DNA from: a virus
Lineage: Duplodnaviria > Heunggongvirae > Uroviricota > Caudoviricetes
Length of the DNA stretch: 39,841 nucleotides
IMG/VR virus record: IMGVR_UViG_3300042260_000241
Strand: one strand, 5' to 3'
The stretch's first letter is position 1, and each line of letters starts with the position of its first letter. Shown here one piece after another: positions 1 to 5,829 of the stretch. Made by a program: the position numbers and the translations under genes. Under the pieces are notes generated by a model that was not told the DNA's origin, ran no database searches, and was given only the letters and a program-made list of their open reading frames with translations.

Positions 1-84
1 CACATACATCGCTTGTCACTTGAAACACTGCGATGGTACAGATGATAGTAGTGAAGTAATATCTGCTTAATGTGTGCTTTTGAT

Positions 85-254
85 GGGGATGCCATGGTTT
101 CGACAGAGGTAGATAGTAGAGACGGCAACACGGTAGGCGATGACCGTAAATCAAGCAAAAACTATAAACGCAGCAAATGAAAGCGTATTCGCCCTAGCAG
201 CTTAAGCTAGGCCGTAGGGTTTCGGTGAGTTTCCTCGTAACAGAATAACTCACC
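85..254 (+). ncRNA. ssrA: tmRNA, coding piece of a probable circularly permuted (two-piece) gene; acceptor piece probably lies just upstream of the window
   Basis: tmRNA-type 5' end GGGGATGCCATGGTTTCGACAG at 85. Resume context ATAAAC then GCA at 170. Tag frame 170-205 reads AANESVFALAA*. Terminal stem GGTGAGTT (224-231)/AACTCACC (247-254). No T-arm/acceptor 3' half before the next CDS. Confidence 0.88.
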
Positions 255-275
255 ATCAACTACATGGAGAAAAGT

Positions 276-794
276 ATGAAAAAAATAATCATAATTTTCT
301 CGGTATTGGTATCAACATTGTTTGCATATACGCAATTACACACACCGCACAATACATCAAAACTTGATACGACACCATACGCCGAGTTATCTAAAACTTC
401 AAAGAAAGAAGTAGATTGTCTAGCTTTAAATATGTATAGAGAAGCTGGAGTTGAAGAAACACATGGTATGATTGCAGTAGCACTCGTTACCATGAATCGC
501 CTAAAAGCACAAGGATTTCCCGACACAGTCTGTAAAGTAGTACAACAAAAGACTAAGTCAACTTGTCAATTTTCATGGGTATGTTTAAATAGATTACCAC
601 GCATTGATCAAAAGATATATAATTATACAAGAGAACTCGCTACATACGTGTTTCTTAATCATACTCTAATTGCAGACACCACTAATGGCGCTTTATTCTA
701 TCATGCAGATTATGTAAATCCACGATGGAAAAAACTTGAAGTGACTACTAAAATTGGAAGACATATTTTTTATAAACCCATTGGAGAAATATAA
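276..794 (+). CDS. SleB/Hydrolase_2 family cell-wall hydrolase (lytic transglycosylase) with N-terminal signal/TM segment
   Basis: Motifs CLALNMYREA (catalytic Glu), AVALVTMNR, CQFSW, GALFYHADYVNPRW, KIGRHIFY. Start 276 chosen because GGAG lies at 266-269; the ORF track starts at 264. Confidence 0.88.
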   Translation: MKKIIIIFSVLVSTLFAYTQLHTPHNTSKLDTTPYAELSKTSKKEVDCLALNMYREAGVEETHGMIAVALVTMNRLKAQGFPDTVCKVVQQKTKSTCQFSWVCLNRLPRIDQKIYNYTRELATYVFLNHTLIADTTNGALFYHADYVNPRWKKLEVTTKIGRHIFYKPIGEI

Positions 795-1414
795 TGGCAG
801 AAGTACTTGAAATTGGAAAACCTAAGAGTCATTCTAATGGTTATTTTCCAGTTAAACCCATTTCATCATTGCATGAATTTTATTTGACGGGAGAAATTAG
901 TTCTGCTGATGATTATGTCGAATGGTTTGACGCAATTCGTCATGCATCCGAAACAGATCTAATTAAGATCTACATTAATTCTTATGGTGGCGATTTATTT
1001 ACAGCTATTCAATTTTTGAGAGTTTTGAGCGATACTCCTGCAACAGTAGTTTGCTCAGTTGAAGGCGCATGCATGTCTGCAGCTACTATGATTTTCTTGT
1101 CTGCTGATCATTTTGAAGTCACACCGCATTCTATCTTTATGTTCCACAATTACTCAGGTGGTACTATTGGTAAAGGTGGCGAAATGATTGATCAACTACA
1201 ACACGAACGCAAATGGTCTGAACGTCTAATGCGTGAAATCTATAAAGATTTTATGAATAATGATGAAATCAAAGCAATGCTAGACAATAAAGATATTTGG
1301 ATGGATGGCGAAGAAGTAGTTAAGCGCATTCATGCTAGAATTCAAAAGAATGAAAAGCCTGCAGTAAAACCTGCATCAAAAACGCCAAGAAAAACCCCAA
1401 GAACTAAAAAATAA
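794..1414 (+). CDS. clpP: ClpP-like serine protease (S14 family)
   Basis: YLTGEI, IYINSYGGD, GACMSAAT (Ser), FMFHN (His), KDIWM (Asp). TAATG overlap with the upstream gene. Confidence 0.88.
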   Translation: MAEVLEIGKPKSHSNGYFPVKPISSLHEFYLTGEISSADDYVEWFDAIRHASETDLIKIYINSYGGDLFTAIQFLRVLSDTPATVVCSVEGACMSAATMIFLSADHFEVTPHSIFMFHNYSGGTIGKGGEMIDQLQHERKWSERLMREIYKDFMNNDEIKAMLDNKDIWMDGEEVVKRIHARIQKNEKPAVKPASKTPRKTPRTKK

Positions 1415-1418
1415 GCCC

Positions 1419-1451
1419 TGTACAATAATTCGTTATTGTGGTATAATTATA
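1419..1451 (+). promoter_or_regulatory. sigma70-type early/middle promoter for the tRNA
   Basis: TGTACA (1419-1424), 17-nt spacer, TATAAT (1442-1447) with extended -10 TG. Near-identical copy at 1767-1799. Confidence 0.75.
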
Positions 1452-1457
1452 TCAAAT

Positions 1458-1532
1458 CTGGCGTTCGTATAATGGATAATACAGCACTCTTCTAAAGTGT
1501 GAATGTGGGTTCGATTCCTGCACGCCGGACCA
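1458..1532 (+). tRNA. tRNA-Arg (anticodon UCU)
   Basis: Acceptor CTGGCGT/ACGCCGG, D-stem GTAT/ATAC, anticodon arm GCACT-CTTCTAA-AGTGT with TCT at 1491-1493, T-arm GTGGG-TTCGATT-CCTGC, encoded ACCA end. Confidence 0.93.
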
Positions 1533-1549
1533 ATCTTTTGGAGTATATT

Positions 1550-1756
1550 ATGGCAAGCATGTATGTAGACATTGATTTAAATGACGTAGATGACGATGAA
1601 CTTATTGAAGAACTTGAAGCGCGTGGGTATGCAGTCAATGAAGTTACGAATACTGATGAACTGCTAAATAAAATTTATCACTTACGCCGTCAGAATAAAC
1701 CATTTGAAACTGAACTCGACGAGTACATCATGAATACTCTTGGAAAAGTAATCTGA
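1550..1756 (+). CDS. small acidic hypothetical phage protein
   Basis: ATG at 1550 preceded by GGAG. Contains an 'IDLNDVDDDELIEELEARGY' segment. The longer 1499 start overlaps the tRNA. Confidence 0.7.
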   Translation: MASMYVDIDLNDVDDDELIEELEARGYAVNEVTNTDELLNKIYHLRRQNKPFETELDEYIMNTLGKVI

Positions 1757-1766
1757 TAGTATACAG

Positions 1767-1799
1767 TGTACAATAATTTGTTATTGTGGTATAATTATA
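1767..1799 (+). promoter_or_regulatory. sigma70-type early/middle promoter, second copy
   Basis: TGTACA (1767-1772), N17, TATAAT (1790-1795). Differs from 1419-1451 at one base. ATG at 1801. Confidence 0.75.
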
Positions 1800-1800
1800 C

Positions 1801-2025
1801 ATGAACGTACACTTCCAACGTAAAATAGCATCCGACGAAATCTGGGATACATTGTTCTTTGCAACTGGCGAATATCCGGAAAAGTATAAGTGTCCAGATT
1901 TTCGTTCTCTTGAAGTTCCAGGTTTTCATGTCAAAATTGTAAATTTCAAAAACATTACAGTCAATGGCGACAAGTGCCGTTCTGTTGGTGAAGCTAAATT
2001 TGTTATTCAGGATCTTTTGGTATGA
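1801..2025 (+). CDS. hypothetical protein
   Basis: 74-aa ORF directly after a promoter; ATGA overlap with the next gene. Confidence 0.65.
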   Translation: MNVHFQRKIASDEIWDTLFFATGEYPEKYKCPDFRSLEVPGFHVKIVNFKNITVNGDKCRSVGEAKFVIQDLLV

Positions 2026-2363
2026 TCTACACTTCAATCCCCAAGCGTAAACCCAAAAAGCCCACGGCTGCACAACGTCAACTTGCAACCGAATGGGAAG
2101 CAATTCAGAAAAAATACGAGCCGAAGAAACCAGTGAAGAAGGTTTTCAATACGTGGGAATATAAACTTTCTACTCCTCCAGGTCGTACGACCACTAAGCA
2201 CATTCCAAGTCTAAGTACCGGTGAAGGTGTCGCTTCTTCTAAACCAGCTATGCAATATACTGGTACTAAAATGCTTGGCATTGGCACCTTGCATAAATCA
2301 AATGCTGTTCCAGTTTTCTCAGACGACGAAGCCAAAGAAATGGCACGTATGCGTCGTGGTTGA
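2022..2363 (+). CDS. basic hypothetical protein of a type I recall from T4-like phages
   Basis: 113 aa, Lys-rich N-terminus, C-terminal YTGTKMLGIGTLHKSNAVPVF...MARMRR. Confidence 0.75.
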   Translation: MIYTSIPKRKPKKPTAAQRQLATEWEAIQKKYEPKKPVKKVFNTWEYKLSTPPGRTTTKHIPSLSTGEGVASSKPAMQYTGTKMLGIGTLHKSNAVPVFSDDEAKEMARMRRG

Positions 2364-2364
2364 T

Positions 2365-2393
2365 TGTACAAATATTTCCAACTATAATATAAT
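2365..2393 (+). promoter_or_regulatory. sigma70-type early/middle promoter, third copy
   Basis: TGTACA (2365-2370), N17, TATAAT (2388-2393). ATG at 2399. Confidence 0.65.
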
Positions 2394-2398
2394 AAAAC

Positions 2399-2665
2399 AT
2401 GAATCGTAAAACTGTAGAACATGATATCGTTAATGCGTATCTCTATAATGATAAAGAAAAACTTAAGGATATATACATCAATTTAGTTAATCTTCGTGGT
2501 AAACTAGATCGATGGTTTAACAAATACTTAGATATGTTTGATGATAAAATGAATTCATCTAAACGATCAGATCCAGTGTGGCGTTTATATCATGCAAAAT
2601 CAGACGAATACAGTAACGTAATTCAAACAATTAAAACCGCAGAATACTATCTCAAAAAGAACTAA
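2399..2665 (+). CDS. hypothetical protein
   Basis: 88-aa helical-looking ORF; TAATG coupling to gp33. Confidence 0.7.
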   Translation: MNRKTVEHDIVNAYLYNDKEKLKDIYINLVNLRGKLDRWFNKYLDMFDDKMNSSKRSDPVWRLYHAKSDEYSNVIQTIKTAEYYLKKN

Positions 2666-2880
2666 TGTTTAAGAATGCCTCTTCTTTCTCTCTTCATATT
2701 GAAGAATTAGCTCGTCTTAACAAAATATCTCATATGGACGCAGTATTAAAATATTGCGAAGATAATTTTGTAGAACCAGACGACATTAAAAATCTAATCA
2801 ATAAAACACTAAAGGATAAAATTGAAAATGATATGAGGGAAGCGAATATGCTTCCCAAACACGCAGTGCTTGATGTATAA
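2665..2880 (+). CDS. gp33: late-promoter transcription coactivator, T4 gp33-like
   Basis: FSLHIEE...SHMDAVLKYCEDNFVEPDDIKNLINKTLKDKIENDMREANML matches the gp33 pattern; lies upstream of gp59/gp32. Confidence 0.85.
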   Translation: MFKNASSFSLHIEELARLNKISHMDAVLKYCEDNFVEPDDIKNLINKTLKDKIENDMREANMLPKHAVLDV

Positions 2881-2889
2881 GGAGTTACT

Positions 2890-3162
2890 ATGAGCAATGA
2901 ACGTGATAAAGAAAAACATAGTCGTCGTCTCCACTCAGATGAAGTTCATATTGCAAAACAGTTAAAGATTGCAAAATCACATGGTTTCCCAGTAAAACGC
3001 GGTCAAGAACATCGCTTACACAAGTTAAGTGGTACTACATGCGGTGATTCAAATTGTGCTATGTGTGGAAACCCCCGAAAGTTCTTTAAAGAACCAACGA
3101 TTCAAGAAAAATCATTTGATCAATTGAAGTTACATGATGAATCCAAATCCAACATGCCATAA
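2890..3162 (+). CDS. hypothetical protein with Cys cluster
   Basis: AGGAG RBS; CGDSNCAMCGNPRK motif. Confidence 0.75.
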   Translation: MSNERDKEKHSRRLHSDEVHIAKQLKIAKSHGFPVKRGQEHRLHKLSGTTCGDSNCAMCGNPRKFFKEPTIQEKSFDQLKLHDESKSNMP

Positions 3163-3367
3163 TGAAGATTGTAGATTTCATTATGGTATGTCTATGACAA
3201 CCTGTGCTTATTACCCACCAGTGTACGATAAGCATGGCAACAATATAAATCCAGATAGAAATGTAACCTCTGGAACTGTAAATTGTTCTACTTGTAATAA
3301 AGAGTGGAAATATTCTTCACAACTTGACGAAACAACGTACGTGGAAATTAAAAATGGAAATGAATGA
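3134..3367 (+). CDS. hypothetical protein, possible zinc ribbon
   Basis: CHNEDC ... CSTC with YYPPVYD..G.NINPD core; tiles between its neighbours. Confidence 0.65.
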   Translation: MMNPNPTCHNEDCRFHYGMSMTTCAYYPPVYDKHGNNINPDRNVTSGTVNCSTCNKEWKYSSQLDETTYVEIKNGNE

Positions 3368-3773
3368 CGAACCACAATATAGAATCAACTATTCACACGT
3401 TGTGAGTGACAAAAATCTTTTGTCTATTACTAAGTTGCTAGCATCAAGTATGATGAATAGTTCTTATATGACTATTGGTGATTTCCTAAAAGGAATCAGT
3501 GACAACGATCTACAAACCCTGCTTGATATCATTGACGAAGGAGACGAATCTCCGGGTTTTGAAGACATCATGCTAATTTCAGGTATGTTGGCTGATGGTG
3601 AAGGCGTTTCGTGCAAAAATGTTGAAGATTATCAAAAGTGTGTAAACATGTTTATGACATATGTTGCGATGGAATCACTTTATCGTAAAGGTATGATCAA
3701 ACTACATCGTCAAAATATGTCATTTGGTGATGACATGGGTAACTCTATTGTTGTAGAAAAACTAGATGATTGA
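3354..3773 (+). CDS. hypothetical protein
   Basis: ORF overlapping both neighbours; start uncertain (3354 or 3360). Confidence 0.7.
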   Translation: MEMNDEPQYRINYSHVVSDKNLLSITKLLASSMMNSSYMTIGDFLKGISDNDLQTLLDIIDEGDESPGFEDIMLISGMLADGEGVSCKNVEDYQKCVNMFMTYVAMESLYRKGMIKLHRQNMSFGDDMGNSIVVEKLDD

Positions 3774-4365
3774 TTCTTTTCAAACATACAAATATTTCAT
3801 GGCAATAAAATTGCATTTGACAACAGATCGCTATGATGTATTTAAATCAAATGGTAAAGTGTCAGGATCACGCGCAACATTTGAAAAACGTAATGATAGA
3901 TTCTTATTTGAAAAACTAGGACGTAAGTTTAGTCAACCACGTGAACTGATTGAGTATTTTGTTTCTAATATTGCCTATGGAAACAAGAACGTTATCTATT
4001 CACATGACTCGGATAACAATTATGAAACATGGATTAAGCGAAAAGAATCACGCACTTATTCTTTCACACAAGACTTAAGAAAAATTCAATCTCACTTAGA
4101 TTCTGATTCATTAGCATTTGATACTCTTTTTGATACGCACGACAATGTTCCAGAATTATTGAAGTTATACGTAGGTGGACATATAACATTAGAAACAATG
4201 GTTATCATAGATGAATTTGAATCTTATTTGCCAAAATGGAAATCCCTAGCACTAGTATGGGGTGATCAGCTTAGAGTTTTAAATAAGATAAAAAATTTTG
4301 TAAAGTACGATAAAGATAAATTAAAATCTATCTATCAGCAGTTCAAGGAACAATCTTCAGAGTAA
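3766..4365 (+). CDS. gp59: helicase loader, T4 gp59-like
   Basis: YKYFMAIKLHLTTDRYDVFK.NGKV...FEKRNDRFLFEKL and ITLETMVI; position upstream of gp32. Confidence 0.9.
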   Translation: MIDSFQTYKYFMAIKLHLTTDRYDVFKSNGKVSGSRATFEKRNDRFLFEKLGRKFSQPRELIEYFVSNIAYGNKNVIYSHDSDNNYETWIKRKESRTYSFTQDLRKIQSHLDSDSLAFDTLFDTHDNVPELLKLYVGGHITLETMVIIDEFESYLPKWKSLALVWGDQLRVLNKIKNFVKYDKDKLKSIYQQFKEQSSE

Positions 4366-4369
4366 TATA

Positions 4370-4597
4370 ATGGGTCGCACTAATAGTAAGTTTCGTGATG
4401 ATGAAGACGATCGCAGAAATAAATCATCAAAAGGCGCAAAACATTCAAGAAATATTCCCGGACAGGGCATGCGCGTTATAAATAATTGGTCGGATGAAGA
4501 TTATGATGATGACGAATGGTCTGATGACTATGATGAATTTTCATATGATGAATCTGACGAATATAACGTAAATACTACGCAAACACAACGTAAATAA
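4370..4597 (+). CDS. small low-complexity protein, basic N-half and acidic C-half
   Basis: 75-aa ORF filling the gp59-gp32 gap; WSDEDYDDDEWSDDYDEFSYDESDEY. Confidence 0.6.
   Translation: MGRTNSKFRDDEDDRRNKSSKGAKHSRNIPGQGMRVINNWSDEDYDDDEWSDDYDEFSYDESDEYNVNTTQTQRK
4477..4484 (+). promoter_or_regulatory. T4-type late promoter upstream of gp32
   Basis: Perfect TATAAATA about 125 nt upstream of the gp32 start. Confidence 0.5.
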
Positions 4598-4608
4598 GGA
4601 AACACAAA

Positions 4609-5520
4609 ATGGATATTAATACGCTCCGCAAAATGCGCAACTCCGACTTCGGTAAAATCTCTTCCGAATTCGAAAAGATTGCTAATCCGCAATCTGAATC
4701 TAAATCCTACCAAGATGATCGTTTTTGGAAGCTAGAAGCTGACAAGGCAGGAAATGGTACGGCAACTATTCGATTCCTACCAACTGCAGAAGGTGATGAC
4801 TTGCCTTGGGTTAAAATCTTTTCCCACGGCTTCCAAGGTCCTACTGGTAAGTGGTATATCGAAAACTCCCTAACAACTATTGGCGAAAACGATCCAGTCG
4901 GCGAATTGAATTCTCGTCTTTGGAATACAGGCAATGAAGCTGATAAGGAAACTGCACGCAAGCAAAAGCGCAAGCTTTCATATGTTGCTAACGTTCTTAT
5001 TGTTTCTGATCCTAAGCATCCAGAAAATGAAGGCAAGGTTAAACTCTTCAAGTTTGGTAAGAAAATCTTTGATAAGATTATGGACAAAGCACGTCCTACT
5101 TTTGAAGATGAAACACCTGTAAACGTATTTGATCTTTGGGCTGGTGCAGACTTTAAATTGCGTATGCGTAAAGTCGATGGCTATCCAAACTATGATCAAT
5201 CTGCTTTCCAAGAGCCAAGCGCTATTACTGAAGACGAAGATAAAATGCTGGCAATCGTAAATGGCCAACATAAGCTTTCAGAATTCTTAGATCGTAAGAA
5301 CTTCAAGACATATGAAGAACTTTCGCGTAAATTGGCTACTGTTCTTGATAGCAATGGATCTAATACTCCATCTGCTGCATCGATTGCAGACGACGATGAC
5401 GATACACCTGTACGTCAAGTAAGCGTAACTGCGCCAAAATCTAAAGTCACCGTTGCTTCTAGTGACGATGACGATGATGAAGCAATGAGCTTCTTCAAGA
5501 AGATTGCTATGGAAGGGTGA
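4609..5520 (+). CDS. gp32: single-stranded DNA-binding protein, T4 gp32-like
   Basis: DDRFWKL..DKAGNG.A.IRFLP, HGFQGPTGKWYIENSLTT, FKFGKKIFDKI, GADFKL, acidic C-terminal tail. Confidence 0.96.
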   Translation: MDINTLRKMRNSDFGKISSEFEKIANPQSESKSYQDDRFWKLEADKAGNGTATIRFLPTAEGDDLPWVKIFSHGFQGPTGKWYIENSLTTIGENDPVGELNSRLWNTGNEADKETARKQKRKLSYVANVLIVSDPKHPENEGKVKLFKFGKKIFDKIMDKARPTFEDETPVNVFDLWAGADFKLRMRKVDGYPNYDQSAFQEPSAITEDEDKMLAIVNGQHKLSEFLDRKNFKTYEELSRKLATVLDSNGSNTPSAASIADDDDDTPVRQVSVTAPKSKVTVASSDDDDDEAMSFFKKIAMEG

Positions 5521-5548
5521 TCTATCCACGTAGGTGTGGATAGATAAT

Positions 5549-5572
5549 AGGAGGGCAAAAGCCCTCCTTTTT
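5549..5572 (+). terminator. rho-independent terminator after gp32
   Basis: GGAGGGC-AAAA-GCCCTCC followed by TTTTT. A second 10-bp hairpin lies at 5520-5545. Confidence 0.8.
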
Positions 5573-5586
5573 AGTTGGAGAAACTT

Positions 5587-5829
5587 ATGGAAGATGGCAC
5601 GACAATACTATATGAAGTATTTAGAGATGGTATGAAGAATGGAGAATTTAAAGTTCTATCTCTTGGTATAGAACAAATAAAAAGAACATGCGAATTGTGG
5701 GATCTTCCAATTACTTCATATCAAATACGTAGAATTCACGATAGAAAAGTAATGTGGGATGGAAGATTACCCGACAAATTAATAGACAGCTCTACTTCCA
5801 ATATAACGATCGAAAGAAGACTCATTTGA
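5587..5829 (+). CDS. hypothetical protein
   Basis: GGAG RBS at 5577-5580 before ATG 5587; 3' end overlaps the convergent tape-measure gene by 51 nt. Confidence 0.5.
   Translation: MEDGTTILYEVFRDGMKNGEFKVLSLGIEQIKRTCELWDLPITSYQIRRIHDRKVMWDGRLPDKLIDSSTSNITIERRLI

Noticed and set aside
85-254. Assigning the host from the tmRNA
   Set aside because: The permuted form and FALAA tag fit Proteobacteria but are not diagnostic without a comparative search.
245-256. AACTCACCA as the CCA 3' end of a short one-piece tmRNA
   Set aside because: No T-arm precedes it, it does not pair with GGGGATG at 85, and it pairs locally with 224-231.
1484-1500. tRNA as an amber suppressor (CTA visible in the loop)
   Set aside because: The 7-nt loop CTTCTAA centres on TCT, so it is Arg(UCU).
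1499-1549. Longer start for the 1499-1756 ORF
   Set aside because: It overlaps the tRNA; ATG 1550 has a GGAG RBS.
1419-1799. 33-nt direct repeats as a CRISPR mini-array or att sites
   Set aside because: There are only two copies about 350 nt apart, no cas or integrase gene is present, and the promoter geometry explains them.
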